The notes under the pieces were generated by a model. The model worked only from the letters and a program-made list of their open reading frames with translations. It was not told where the DNA came from and did not search any database. From Sphyrna mokarran (lineage: Eukaryota), in assembly GCA_024679065.1 (NCBI GenBank), contig JAGIQG010000009.1, positions 95,666,001 through 95,730,000 of the forward strand: a stretch of DNA of 64,000 nt, written 5' to 3'. The position numbers and the translations under genes are program-made. The stretch's first letter is position 1, and every line of letters starts with the position of its first letter. This document shows, piece by piece, positions 49,780 through 63,110 of this stretch.

Positions 49780-52700
49780 GGGGGTGGTGGGGATGGGGGT
49801 GGTGGGGATGGGATGGGGTGGTGTGTGGGGGGGGTAGGGATGGGGGTGGGTGGGGGTGGGGATGGGGGGTGGGTGGGTTGGGGGGAGTGGGGGGTGTGGT
49901 TTGTAGTGGGGGGTGGGGGTGTGGTAGTGGGGGGTGTGGGGGGGTGGTGGGGGGAGTTGGGGGTGGGGGGTGAGTGGGGTGTGGGGGTGGTGGTGGGTGT
50001 GTGGGGGTGGGGTTGGTGTGGGGGGTGGGGGTGGTGGGTTGGGGGGGTGGGGGTTAGTGNNNNNNNNNNNNNNNNNNNNNNNNNNNNNNNNNNNNNNNNN
50101 NNNNNNNNNNNNNNNNNNNNNNNNNNNNNNNNNNNNNNNNNNNNNNNNNNNNNNNNNNNNNNNNNNNNNNNNNNNNNNNNNNNNNNNNNNNGGGTGGGGG
50201 TGGGGATTGGGGGGTGTGGGGGGGGGTGGGTGGGGTGGGGTGGTGGGGGTGGGGGGGAGTGGGGGTGGTGGTGGTTGGGGGGGAGTGGGAGTTGGGGTGG
50301 TGTGTGTTGGGGGTGGGGGGGGTGGGGGTTAGTGGTGGGGGGGTGGTGTGGTGGTGGTGGTGGGGGTGGGGGGGNNNNNNNNNNNNNNNNNNNNNNNNNN
50401 NNNNNNNNNNNNNNNNNNNNNNNNNNNNNNNNNNNNNNNNNNNNNNNNNNNNNNNNNNNNNNNNNNNNNNNNNNNNNNNNNNNNNNNNNNNNNNNNNNNN
50501 NNNNNNNNNNNNNNNNNNNNNNNNNNNNNNNNNNNNNNNNNNNNNNNNNNNNNNNNNNNNNNNGGGAAGTTGGGGGGATGGGTGGGTGCTGGTGGTTGGG
50601 GGTTTTGGGGTGGTGGTTGGGGGGGGGGGTTGAGGGGGGGGTGGGGTGGGGGGGGGTTGGGGGGGGGGGGTTGATGGGGAGGGGAGTTGGGGAGTGGGGG
50701 AACGATGGGATATGGGGGCAGGGGGGAGAGTTGGCGGGGGTAAAGAGGGGAGGAGTCGAGATCATTCTTCTGTGTGGGGAGAGGGAGGGAGAAGGAGGCG
50801 GATCAGATGTATCTCTTGGTGGGGGCGGGGAGGGGAGGCCTGATATACTCTGTGGGGGGGGGGGGGTGGGGGGGGGTGGGTTTGGTTGCGTGGGGGGGGG
50901 GAGAGGGGAAGAGTAGGCCAGATTTTTATATGGTGGGGATTGGGGGATGGTGGAGTTGGGGTGGGGGGTGGGGGGGAGGGGGGGGAGGGGGGGGGGGGGG
51001 TTGGCGTTAGAGGGGGGCACGGCGGGTGACTGGGGGAGAGGGCTGGAAGGGATGGAGGAGAGTGGTGTAGGTGGGGTTAAGGATGGAGGGAGGAAGGTGG
51101 TGGGGATTTTGGGGGGGGGGGGAGGTGGGGGGGGTGGGGGGGGGGGGAGGGTGGGGGGGGGGTGGGGGGAGGGGGTGGGTGGGGGGGGGGGGGGGGAGGG
51201 GGGTGGGGGTGGGGGGGGGGGGGGTGGGGGGTGTGTGGGGGGGTGGGAGTGGGGGTTGTGGTGTGGTAGTGGGGGGGGGGGGTGTGGTAGTGGGGGTGTG
51301 GGGGGTGGTGGGGGGAGTGGGGGTGGGGGGGGAGATGGGGGGGTGTGGGGTGGGCGGTGTGGGGTTGTAGGGGGGGGGGGTCTGTGGTAGGGGGGGTGGG
51401 GTTGGTGAGTGGGGGGGTGGGGGTTAGTGGTGGGGGGTGGTGTGGTGGGGGGTGGGGATGTGGGATGGGGGGGTGGGGGAGGGGGTGGGTGGGGTGGGGG
51501 GGAGGGGTGGGGGGGTGGGGGGGAGTGGAGGGGGATGTGGTGGTGAGGGGTGGAGGGGGTGGGGTTTTCAGTGGTGGGGGGGTGAGGTGGTGGTGGTAGG
51601 TGGGGGGGGTGGGGATGGGCCGGTTGGTGGGGGGATGGGGGGTTGGGGAAGTTGGGGTGGATGGGGGTGCTGGTGGTGGGGGGTGGGCGGTGGTGGTTGG
51701 GTGAGGTGGGGTGGGGTTGATGGGGTGAGGGGAGTTGGGGGAGGTTGGGGGAACGATGGGATATGGGGGCAGGAGGGGAGAGGTGTACCGTTGCCCTTGC
51801 GGGAAAGCGATGTATGTTTATGTAATTTATAGTTATTTAATTTTTGATTAATTAATAATTATTAAAGAGGGTTAATTTATATGAATTTTAATTTTTTTTT
51901 TTTTTTTAAAATTTTTCTTATTTTAACATAAATATTAGTATTTGAATATGGGTAAAATTTTTTATATTTTTAATTTTTGAATTTTATTTTTTAAATAATT
52001 TTTTTAATTTAATTAAACTATTTGCTTTAATTTATTAATAAATATTTTTAATATTTAATAAATTAATAATGTTAATTTTTTTTAATTTTCAATAACTTTA
52101 ATTATTATAATAATTTATAAAGTTAATTAATGTATTTTTTTTTTTAAATGTTTATAAAGCTGTAGTTATATTATTAAATAAAGAGTTTTTAATTTATTTT
52201 ATATTTAATTAGTTCTTGTTTATTATTATAATTTTTTTATTTAAAAAGCTATATAGTCATTACTTTTAAAAGAGGGGAATGAATGTGGAATAATTAATTA
52301 AAGGGAAATTTAGTAACGAGCTTATATATTTAAAAGGTGACAGTATTTATCTATTTTGTGAAGGGAAGCGCAGACATTCTCTGGTGTGAGAGGAGGGAGA
52401 GGAGGCGGGATGTATCTCTGGGGGGCCTATATATGGTGCGGGAGAGGGAAAGAGGAGGCCAGATTTTTATATTGTTGGGGATGGGGGGAGGATGGAGTGT
52501 GGGGGGTGCGGGTTGGAGGGAGAGTGGTGTAGGTGGGGTAGGAGGAGGAGGGTGGTGGGGGTTGGGGGTGGGGTGGGGGCTTGGGATGCAGGTAGGGTGT
52601 GGGGGGGAGGGTGGCAGGAGGATGGCAGGGGGACCTGATTATTCTATGGTGGAGGGGGGAAGGCCAGATGGATGTGTAGTGGGAAGGGGGAGCAGGAAGG

Positions 52701-52860
52701 GTCCACCGCCACTCTGCGGGTGATCCGTGGGAGGGATGGTGGAGTTGTGCAGTAGGTAGTGATCAGTCTGAGTGGGTCTGGGTGGATAAGGAGGACAGTT
52801 ATATTGTGGGGGATGGGATGGGGTGAGGCAATGTCTGAATGGGGGGGAGGGGGGTGGTAC
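49780..52860. other. Low-quality assembly segment with N gaps in gene C intron 2
   Basis: N runs at 50060-50191 and 50375-50563, near-random G-rich then AT-only tracts, noisy internal duplicates. Confidence 0.85.
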
Positions 52861-53328
52861 TGATCCCGTTTTTTGCTCCCAGGCTGCTTTATCTACTTTT
52901 TGCGGTCTGGGCGCGATGTGGCAGTAGCACGTTTTTTGATTTTTTGTTTCTCATTGTGTGTGCGCAGTTCAAAGCTCTGATCAGACCAGCAGCGTTTTGG
53001 GTGCGATAAGCCCCACCCACTCACTCACCATTTTTGTTCCCAGGTTTAGTGCGTGTTGGGGTGCCTGAGAACGGATTTCCAGGTTAGATCTGAATTGTGC
53101 TCGGATTTAACACTTAGAATGAAAATGGTGAAACCGGGCCTGTGTGTGTGTGTGTTTGGTGACTTTGCCTTGAGTTGGATTGGGCGAGTTGGCTGTGTGT
53201 GTGTTTGTGTGTGTGTGTGTGTGGTGGCTGGATCTCCAGTGGGAACAGATCTCTTTGGGTGGGTTTATGGTGAGTGCGGTTTTTACTGGGACTGGCCCTG
53301 ATTGGCAGATTATCTTTGTAATCCACAG

Positions 53329-53601
53329 GGATCCACACATTTCAGCTGATAACCGGCTGTGACCTGAGTGATGATGGAAATACGACTGGATTCAACAATT
53401 ATGGGTGGGATGGACAAGATTTTATCAGTTTTGATAAGGATCACATGGTGTGGGTGACTCCCTTCCCTTGGGGAAACATCACCAAAAAAAAGTGGGAGGG
53501 CAGTACAGTCATTACGCAGCGATGGAAACGTTACCTGGAGGTGGAGTGTATCGAGTGGCTGAGAAAATACCTGGAGTACGGACAGAAATTACTGAGAGTC
53601 G
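53329..53601 (+). CDS. MHC class I gene C, exon 3 (alpha2)
   Basis: GIHTFQLITGCDLSDDG...GNITKKKWEG...YLEVECIEWLRKYLEYGQKLLRV; 273 nt (absent from the ORF track). Confidence 0.95.
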
Positions 53602-53895
53602 GTGAGTGAGGGGGGGAGTGAGAGTCGGTGAGTGAGGGGGGAGTGAGAGTCGGTGAGTGAGGGGGGAGTGAGAGTCGGTGAGTGAGGGAGGGGAGTGAGA
53701 GTCGGTGAGTGAGGGTGAGTGAGAGTCGGTGAGTGAGGGGTGGAGTGAGAGTCGGTGAGTGAGGGGTGGAGTGAGAGTCGGTGAGTGAGGGGGGGAGTGA
53801 GAGTCGGTGAGTGAGGGAGGGGAGTGAGAGTTGGTGAGTGAGGGAGGGGAGCGAGAGTCGGTGAGTGACGGGGGCGGGGGTTGAGAGTCGGTGAA
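53594..53895. repeat. Intron 3 minisatellite of gene C (~24-30 nt, about 12 units)
   Basis: Unit GAGAGTCGGTGAGTGAG(n)AGT. Confidence 0.95.
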
Positions 53896-53960
53896 GGGGG
53901 TGATGCCGGGACTCTCTATCTCGAGGTTCCTGTACTGACTCCTCTTTCTTTCTCTCTCAG

Positions 53961-54224
53961 TTGCCCCCGTCGTGTCCTTTACCCGTCTGGGTGATTCTAA
54001 CCGGCTGTCCTGTGCCGTCACCGGGTTTTACCCTCAAGCCATTGAGGTGAATCTGTGCAGAGACGTAGTGGTGATTGGTGAGACTCTGTCCACTGGGATC
54101 TTACCCAATCACGACAGCACCTACCAGATCTGGAAATGGATCGAGTTTGATCCAGAGGACCAGGCCGAGTATTCCTGTCGGGTGGAACACAGCGGGATGA
54201 AGGAGACACTGGTGGTGATTTACG
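53961..54224 (+). CDS. MHC class I gene C, exon 4 (alpha3)
   Basis: VAPVVSFTRLGDSNRLSCAVTGFYP...YSCRVEHSGMKETLVVIY; 264 nt. Confidence 0.95.
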
Positions 54225-54429
54225 GTAAGACTGTTTCTCACTGTTAGAGAGGACCCAGCCTCAGAGCAGGATCACAGGAGGGAGCGTCAGTGCTGAACTG
54301 TCAGCCCAGGACAGCCTGAGGCCCGGGATATAGAGAGGGAAATAAATATTAATCTTCAATGTGTTATCTAACATGGCATCACCATTAGAGGGAAATAATT
54401 GTGTGTTCATGGATTTGATATGAAACATA

Positions 54430-56680
54430 TCCCACTGCATTCTGCTGTATTACAGTGCAACAGGATGTGTTGTGGGATATTACAGCATGGAAAAGGCCCA
54501 GTGTACCTTGGGATATTACAGCACAACAGGACCTGGTCCATCCTGGGGAATATCTGGGAATATAAGACCCATTGTGTTCTTGGACATTACAGTGGGACAA
54601 GGTTCTGTATATCATGAGATCCTTTAATTGGTCAGGGCCCAGTGTATCCTGCGATATTACAGCAGAGACAAGACCAAGTGTATCCTCGGATGTGTGTGTA
54701 CACAAGGGCCTGGTTTACTTGGGATATTTACGTACAACAAGACTCAGTGCCTTTTGGGATATTATTGTGGCATGGGGAGCTGTGTATCCTGGGATATGAA
54801 AGTATGATTGGTGTTTGTGTATCTCGGGATATTATTGTACAGCAGGGACCAATGTATCTTTGGATATTACATTAAAACCCGGGCTGGTGTATCCTGGGAT
54901 ATTAAAGTATGGCTGGTGTTTGTGTATGCTGGGATATTACAGTATCGAAGTTTCACAACACCAGGTTAAAGTCTGACAAGTTTATTTGATTGTAACCCAC
55001 TAGCTTTTGGGGTTTGTCCCTTCGTCAGGTGAGTGGAGAGTTCTGGTCAGAAACAGAGCATATTTCGGTCCACACACAGTTTACAGAATACTAATTAGAA
55101 TGCGTTTCTTTACAGCTAATCAATTCTTAAACATACAGACAATGTGAATGGAGATAGCATTAAGCATGAGTTAAAGAAATGTATATTGTCACCAGTCAGG
55201 ACAGTAAGTGAGATGTTGCAAGCCCAGGCAAGTCTTGGGGATTACAGATAGTGTGACATGAACTCAAGATCCCGGTTGAGACCATCCTCAACCGGAACTT
55301 GGCTATCAGTTTATGCCCAGCGATTCTGCGCTGTCATATATCATGAAAGCCACCTTGGAGAACGTTTACCTGAAGATCAGAAGCCGAATGCCTGTGACCG
55401 CTGAAGTGCTTGCAACAGGAAGGGTCTTGCCTGGTGATTGTCGAGCGGAGTTCATTCAACCGTTGACACCACACAACCCTACCACAGCAACCTCTGCAAG
55501 ATATGCCGGACCATCGACACGGATGCCGTCATCTCATGCGCGAACACCATCCACCAGGTACACGGCACATGCTCTTGCAACTCGGCGCTGAGCAGAGACT
55601 GACAGCCAAATTCCACACACGTGAGGATGGCCTCAACCGGATCTTGGGTTCATGTCAACTATCTGTAACCCTCATAACTTGCCTGGGCTTGCAACATCTC
55701 ACTTACTGTCCTGTCTGGAGACAAGACACATCTCTTTAACCTGTGTTTGATGCTGTCTCCACTCACATTGTCTGTACTTTTGAGAATTGATTAGCTGTAA
55801 AGACTGACATTCTAATCACTGTTCTGTAAACTGTGTGTGTGCCTTTATATGCTCTGTTTGTGACCTGCACTCTCTGCTCATCTGCCGAAAGGCCAAACTC
55901 CGAAAGCTGATGGGTTTACTATCAAATGAACTTGTTGGACTTTAACCTGGTGTTGTGAGACTTCTCACTGTGTTTACCCCAGTCCAACGCCAGCATCTCC
56001 ACATCACATTATAGTATAACCGAGCCCGGTGTATCCTGGGATATTACAGTACGACATGATATCGTGTATCGTGGGACATTACAGTAGCACAGAGCCTGGT
56101 GTACCATTGGACATTAGAGTAAGTCTGGACCTGGGGTATTCTGGGATATTACAGTATGGTGGGGCCCAGTGTATCTGGGATACTGCAACCTGACAGGACC
56201 CAGTGTAACCTGGGATATTACAGTAGATAAATACCACTGTATCCTGAGATATTGCAGCCTTACAGGGCCTGGTGTATCCTGGAATATTATAGGAGGTAGA
56301 GCACTTTGTGCCTGGTATATCAGAGGGTGGACAGAGCCTGGCGTGTCCTGGGATATTACTGTATGTGATGACCCAGTGTATCATAGGATATTACAGGAGG
56401 TTCGGCGCAATGTACCTGGGATATTGGAGGATAGACAGGGCCTGGTGTGTCCTGGGATATTAGAGGAGGTAGGGCACTATGTAGCTGGGATATTAGAGGG
56501 TAGACAGGGTCTGGAATGTGCTGGGATTTTACAGGAGGTAGGGAACTGTGTACCTAGGATATGAAAGGATAAACAGGCCCCAATATACCTAAGAAACAAT
56601 ACTTTTCTTGTACCAATGCATGTGACAAAATCAAATATTACATTTGGACAGGACCCAGTGCATCCTGGAAGTTTACTTCA
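54430..56680. repeat. Degenerate tandem repeat (GTGTATCCTGGGATATTA core), gene C intron 4, interrupted by a Penelope derivative
   Basis: Reverse complement of the gene A intron 4 array. Confidence 0.75.
54946..56007. mobile_element. Penelope derivative with inverted arms, gene C intron 4
   Basis: Inverted arms ~54950-55320 and ~55590-55970; TSD-like ATTACAGTAT/ATTATAGTAT; absent from gene A. Confidence 0.8.
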
Positions 56681-57046
56681 GTCAGATTAAGATCAATATT
56701 CAGAAAAATAATGGAATTCCTTCTATTGGAGACAATTCATGAAAATTTAGAATCAAATATTATAATAATGAACAGTGAGCATGGATTTAGAAATAGAAAA
56801 TGTTGTTTTATTCCACGTTGTGGATTTTTTGAGTATGTGACAGAGGCAATGCTAATGTAATAGATGTAATATCATATAATTTTTCAAATGTAATAGGAAA
56901 GAGGGTTTGTGATGGACTGATTGACAAGGTCAAAGCATGTGAGTTAGGGGATGAGTGACAGGATGGATCACTCACTGACTTTGAGACAGAAAGCAGAGAG
57001 TGTGAGTAAAGGGAGTTATTCAGAGAGTGACAGAAAGTCGAAAATG

Positions 57047-58120
57047 TTTTTTTATTCATTCGTGGGTCATGGGTGTTGCTGCTGATCAGCATTTATTGCC
57101 AATGCCTAGTTGCCCTTGAGAAGGTGGTGGTGACAATGTTGTTAGGGAGGGAATTCTAGGATTTTGATCCAGTGACCACGCAGGAACAGTGATACATTTC
57201 CAAGTCAGGATGGTGACTTGGAACTTGGATGAAACATGGACTTGCTTCAGCATCTGAGGAGTCGCAAATGGTGCTGAACATTGTGCGATCATTGGCGAAC
57301 ATGCCCACTTCTACCTTATGATAGAGGGAACATCAATGGTGAAGCAGCAGAAGAGTTTTGGGTCTAGGACACTAACCTGAGAAACTCCTGCAGAGATGTC
57401 ATGGAGCTGAGGTGACTGAGCCTTCATAACCACATCAATCTTCCTAAGTACCAGGTCTGACTCCAACCAGTGGAGAGTTTGCCCCTTCTGATTCCAGTTT
57501 TGCTAAGGCTCCTTGATCCACACTTGGTCAAATGTGGCCTTGATTTCAGGGGCTGTCACTCTCGTCTCAGCTCCGGAATTCAGCTCTTTTGTCCATGTTT
57601 GAACTGTGGCTGTAATGAGGTCAGGAGCTGAGTGACCCTGGGAAACCTAAACTGGGCATTGCTGAGCAGGTGCTACATGGTAACACTGTCAATAACCCCT
57701 TCCATCACTTTACTGGTGATCGATAGTAGACTGATTGGGCGGGAATTGGCTGGGTTGGGTTTATCCTGCTTTTTGTGTCCAGGCCATACCTGGGCAATTT
57801 TCCACATTGTTGGGTAGATTACACTGTTGTAATTGTACTGGAAGAGCTTAGCTTGGGCAGTGGCAAGTTCTGGTGCACAAGTCTTCAGTACTATTGGTGG
57901 AATGTTATCAGGGCCCATTGCCTTTGCAGTATCCAGTGCCTCCAACCGTTTCTTGATATCATGTGAAGTGAATCGAATTATCTGGGGATTGATATCTGAG
58001 ATGCTGGGGACCACTGGAAGAATCTGAGATGGATCATCCACTCGGCACTTCAGGCTGAAGATTGCTGTGAATACTTTGGTTTTATCTTCTGCACTGATGT
58101 GCTGGGCTCCTCCATCATTC
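57047..58120 (-). mobile_element. Homologous LINE copy in gene C intron 4 (internally deleted)
   Basis: Same flanks and sequence as 8312-10135, inverted. Confidence 0.85.
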
Positions 58121-59198
58121 CACAAGGATCAGTGTTGGGATCACTGTTATTCACAACTTACACTCCATAACTTGGACATTGGAATCAAAAACATCATTTC
58201 TTAATTTTCAGATAACACCATATTGGGGGAATTATTTGATATTGAGGAGAACCGGAATAAATTAATAGGACATGAATAAACTCCAGCAAATAGTTGGTGA
58301 ATAAAGTTCAGCACAGATAAACGTGAGGTATTTTTCAGTTAACGATGAATAGGAAGGGTTGAGAAATAAAGGATCTTGGTGTACAAATACACCAATCAGT
58401 AAACATACAGTTACAGGTTAGGTAATAAACAAAATACAATTGAAAACCAGGTTTTACTTCTCGAGGAATAGAATTGTAAACGGAGTTTATTGCCAAACTT
58501 TGGTTGGACCACATTTAAAGACTCTGTGCAGTTTGGGTCACCATTTCATACAAAGGATATAGAGTCAGGGGAGACAATGTAGAGAAGATTTACAGAGATG
58601 ATTCCAGAAATGAGTGGGTGGACATCTCAGGAAAGGTTTGACTGGCTGAGTCTCTGCTCTCAGGAAAACAGAAGGCTGAGAGTTGATCTAATCAAAGACT
58701 TTAAAATTATGAAAGGTTTTTTTATAGAGTGGACACATTGAGAGTGTTCCTCCTGTGGGAAGAGCATATCCAGTGGCTGTCAATACAAGAAACTCAATGG
58801 GGAATTCACGAGAAACCTCTTCACCCAAAGAGTGATGAGAATGTGGAGCTCGCTGTCACAGGGAGTGGCTGAACTGAACAGTATAGTTTAAGGGGAAGAT
58901 AGACAAGCAAATGAGGGAGAAGGGAATAGAGTTAAAATGGTCAAATTAGATGAGGAAAGATTGGAGGAGCCTCAGGTGGAATATAAATACCAGCATCAAC
59001 TGGATGTGTCCTTTATCCTGTGTTTCCTGATTCTCCCTTTCACTTGGATTCACTCTCTCATTTATCTTTTTTCCTCTCTCATTCTCACTCTCACATTTCT
59101 TTTTCTTTCTCTCTGATTTACTCGCTCATTCTCTCTCTGAGCCCTCTCAATCTCTCATACACTCACTCATTCACTCCAAGATGCTAACCCTCTCTCTG

Positions 59199-59231
<33 letters not shown>

Positions 59232-59361
59232 TTCTCTCTCATTCTCTTTGTCTTTCATTCTTTCCCACTTTCTGACATTCTCTCTCTCTCTGATTCTCAC
59301 TTTTCCCTCTCCCTGATTCACTCAGTCTCTCTGATTCTCTCTCTCTCTCTCTCTCTAACAG

Positions 59362-59466
59362 AACCAGAGTCTCGCTCCCAGGTTGCTATTCCTGTCGGGA
59401 TTGTGGTCGGGGTCCTCGTGCTGATCGCTCTCGTCATTGTGGGGGTCGTCATCTATAACAAGAAAG
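59362..59466 (+). CDS. MHC class I gene C, exon 5 (transmembrane)
   Basis: EPESRSQVAIPVGIVVGVLVLIALVIVGVVIYNKK; 105 nt. Confidence 0.9.
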
Positions 59467-59882
59467 GTAGGAATTGGAGGGAAAATAGCAGCTCCTCACT
59501 GGGGGGAGGGATTCAGGGAGAGTATTCCAGACTCGGGGCGGCTCAGGATGTAGGTCTCAGTCGTTGGGGGGGGGGGGGGGGGGGGGACAGAGTGGGTGGA
59601 AGAGCCCCAGGATTGGGATAGGATGAATAAGGGGTTCATGATAAAGGGGAGTGTCTGCAAATTGTGGGAAGGATCTCAGACTGTGAAGGGATTTCAGGGT
59701 ATCTGTGAGGGTCTCAGGTTAGGCTAATGGTCCAGGGTCAGAATGGGAGTGAGGGTCTCAGGTCGTGGTGGGAGTGAAGGTTCAGAATTCTGTTGTAGGG
59801 GCTCAGTGCAAGCGAGAGCTCCAGTCTCTGTCTCTGACTTTCTCTCAGTCTCATCACTCATTGAACATTCCTTGTTTTACAG

Positions 59883-59915
59883 GAAGAGGGAACAGGGTCT
59901 ACAGTCCTGCAAATA
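59883..59915 (+). CDS. MHC class I gene C, exon 6 (cytoplasmic)
   Basis: GRGNRVYSPAN, 33 nt, conserved Tyr, AG/GTAAGT. Confidence 0.85.
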
Positions 59916-60109
59916 GTAAGTTGATCATCAAACACTGTGTGTATGTGTATGAGAGAGAGAGTTTATTTGTGTGTGTCACTGTCAGTATGTGTGTGAGAAC
60001 CTCTTTCTTTCTCTCTGTCTCTCTTTGTCTCTCTCATTCTCTCTTTATCACATCCATGGTCTCTCTCTTTAAAATGAACAGTTTTTAATGCCTCCTCTTC
60101 CTTCAACAG

Positions 60110-60157
60110 CTTCTATGAAAGTGGATTCCTTACCTAGCTCCTTCATGTATTCTTTAG
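60110..60157 (+). CDS. MHC class I gene C, exon 7 (cytoplasmic)
   Basis: TSMKVDSLPSSFMYSL, 48 nt, AG/GTATGA. Confidence 0.75.
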
Positions 60158-60348
60158 GTATGAACTGTGTTGACAAGTATTGGGAGCTGGTCCTTCTAAC
60201 TGGGATATTCCTGCTGGATTTAACTGTACAATCTGGTGAGTGGGATGTGAGCTCAGTGTCTGTCTCTGAATAGGCACTAAAGAGCAGCTCATCCAATCCA
60301 ACACTGACCTTTGAGACTGGCCTTCTGGAAATGGCTGCTCCTGTACAG

Positions 60349-60353
60349 CCTGA
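60349..60353 (+). CDS. MHC class I gene C, exon 8 (final Ala and stop)
   Basis: CTCCTGTACAG|CC TGA; the same acceptor is conserved in gene B near 33030. Confidence 0.55.
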
Positions 60354-60579
60354 GGGTGGAGAAATTGTGGCTGTTGAGACATCTGGAAACATCTCACCCT
60401 GGACAGCCTCTGCTAAGCTGCTCAATTTCCTGAAGGAATTCAGAATTCCCAGAGTTTTCCTTGAAGTCGACCACTGGGTTCTGTCATTCCCACAGAATTT
60501 AACATCAGTCATGTTGTGTGATGAGTCTGATCATTTGCTGAATGTTTGGGGTGTGGAGTTGAACTCAGAAGTTTAAATG

Positions 60580-61088
60580 ATGTTTGGGGCTCTGATGGGT
60601 TTAGCTGGTGTTTGGGGGTCTGATGGGTTGAGCTGGCGGTTGAGGGTCTGATGGGTTGAGCTGGCGGTTGAGGGTCTGATGGGTTGAGCTGGCGGTTGAG
60701 GGTCTGATGGGTTGAGCTGGCGGTTGAGGGTCTGATGGGTTGAGCTGGCGGTTGAGGGTCTGATGGGTTGAGGTGGCGGTTGAGGGTCTGATGGGTTGAG
60801 CTGGCGGTGAGGGTCTGATGGGTTTAGCTGGTGTTTGGGGGTCTGATGGGTTTAGCTGGCGGTTGAGGGTCTGATGGGTTGAGCTGGCGGTTGAGGGTCT
60901 GATGGGTTGAGCTGGCGGTTGAGGGTCTGATGGGTTGAGCTGGCGGTTGAGGGTCTGATGGGTTGAGCTGGCGGTTGAGGGTCTGATGGGTTGAGGTGGC
61001 GGTTGAGGGTCTGATGGGTTGAGGTGGCGGTTGAGGGTCTGATGGGTTGAGCTGGTGTTTGGGGCTCTGATGGGTTGAGCTGGTGTTT
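60580..61088. repeat. 28-nt minisatellite downstream of gene C (~18 units)
   Basis: GCTGGCGGTTGAGGGTCTGATGGGTTGA; homologous shorter arrays at 6541-6665 (A) and ~32430-32590 (B). Confidence 0.9.
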
Positions 61089-62679
61089 CATAGATGGAAC
61101 ATTGAATGTTAAAACATCTATGTTTCAGAGTGGGCCATTTAGCCCATTGAATCCCTGCCTGATATTGAAGAGCTTTCCATATTAAACAACCTCCTCTGCA
61201 TTCTCTCCAATACAATCACATCTTTTGTGTAATATGCTGACCAGACTTTGTGCAATGCTTCAACTGTAGTCTATCTGGTGTTGTTTGCAGTTCTAGCAAA
61301 ACCAAGTTCTGTACCTTGGCTAATAAAGGAAAAAATGTTGTTTAGCCTTCTTAATTATTTCACTAACCTGTCCTGACCCCTTTCTCAGTCTGTGGACACA
61401 CACTCCTGGGTCTCTTTGTTCCTCCATATTACTCATTATCCTCCCATTTCATGGGGATTCCCTTTGCCTTGTTATTCCTCCCAAAATCCATCACCTCTCA
61501 CTGCTCCGGATTGAATTCCATTTTCCACTGTTCTTCCCAACATTCAGACTTTCTCTATCTTCCTGCAGTCTGAAGCTTTCCTCCTCACTGTCACCCACAC
61601 AGACAATATTTGTACGTCTCTAAGCTTTTTCACCATTTTCCCTCCATTAGAAGCTAAATAATTTGTACAATTTATAGAAAGCAATGGGCCAAGTTCTGGG
61701 CCCGGTAGATCCCAAAACTCACCACACTGCCCTCAGTAACCCTACTTATCACCTCCACAAACAAATCAGATTTATCTGAGCTGAGTTTTCCTTCATAAAT
61801 CCATGCTAACTTTCCTTCATTAATCTGAGCTTTGCACTGTCCCTCAAAATCGACTCCAATAATTTTCCCACCACTATATTAAACGAACTGGTAGATAATC
61901 ACTCAATCATTCAACCCTCTTTCACCACTTGTGTCACACCAGGTTAAAATGTTTCTGATTCCCAAACCTCTGTAACGTCCTCCATTGCTTCTTTCAGCAG
62001 CCTGGGGATTTGTTCATTTTCAAAAATGTTAATCCCATTAATCGTTGCTGTCTTGCAATGTTTATCCATGCCATCATTCAGTCTCCTCTTCCTGAATTAC
62101 ATCATTGTATTATCATCGGCTCCCTGATTTCTGAATTATTCATCCAGAATCTTCCCCCATCCTCTGCTTCCTCACACAGGTTAGTGTTTCGGTGTCTGAT
62201 AGATCCAAATCTTTCCTTTTTGAGCCCCGATTTCATGTATTTATAAAACATTTTTGGATATTCCTCGATTTTAATTTGAAGTATCTTTTCCCAAGCATAC
62301 TCTTTGTTTTCTCAATTTTTCTTCTAATTTCACCCCTACGTTTCCTGAACTCCTCCAGTTTTCTGCAGTTTGTCAGGGCTCTGCTGGGTCTGATTGGGTT
62401 TTGTTGGGGGTGTTCTGTGTCTGTTGGGTTTTCCTCTTTCTGTAACAATGGATGTTTTTATCTTTCCCAGTGACCTTCGGCACCCTGTTAAGTAATCCGC
62501 AAGATCAGTAGAAGGAACAGCTGAGACAATCATTGAAGATTTAACTCTCTTGAGCTGACAGCCAGTGACTGATGGCGGATCTACATCTGTAACTGTGTAA
62601 ATTATACTGAGGCAGCAATGTTAATCACTGTGTCAATGTGCTATCCAGATATTTGGTTTGTGTCAGCGATTTAGAACTG

Positions 62680-63110
62680 AGGGAGAGCTGCAATGCCCAG
62701 GAGTATCGAGAGACAGCTGCAGTGTCAGAAAGTCGGTATTGAGGGAGAGCTGCAATGCCCGAGAGTTAGTATTGAGGGAGGGTCAGTACTGAGAGAGTGC
62801 TGCCCTGTCAAAGGGTCAGTACTGAGGGAGAGCTGCAGTGTCAGAAGGTCAGTACTGAGGGAGTGTTGCACTGCCAGAAGGGCAGTACTGAGGGAGTGTT
62901 GCACTGCCGGAGGGTCAGTGCTTGAGGGAGTGCTGTCCAGTCAGAGGGTCAGTACTGAGGGAATGTGGTATTGCCAGAGGGGCTGTACTGGAGGTGTGCT
63001 ATATTGTTAGAGGGGCTGTAGAGAGGGAGTGCTGCACTGTCAGAGGGGCAGTACTGAGGGAATGCGGCACTGCCAGAGGGGCTGTGCTGAGGGAGTACTG
63101 CACTGCCCGA
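62680..63110. repeat. 33-nt tandem repeat (CAGTACTGAGGGAGTGCTGCACTGTCAGAGGG-like)
   Basis: About 12 diverged units; resembles a DeuSINE-type core segment. Confidence 0.8.

Noticed and set aside
49752-52723. Long Gly- or Pro-rich ORFs and an abrupt G-rich to AT-rich switch
   Set aside because: N gaps and noisy duplicates (50760-50950 versus 52370-52500; 50700 versus 51750) indicate unpolished sequence
48881-60353. Naming gene C as classical UAA
   Set aside because: Y59 is replaced (AAW) and the gene sits in a multicopy cluster; lineage assignment needs a phylogeny
60580-61215. 204-aa repetitive ORF and CRISPR-like periodicity
   Set aside because: 28-nt head-to-tail minisatellite with no spacers, in vertebrate DNA
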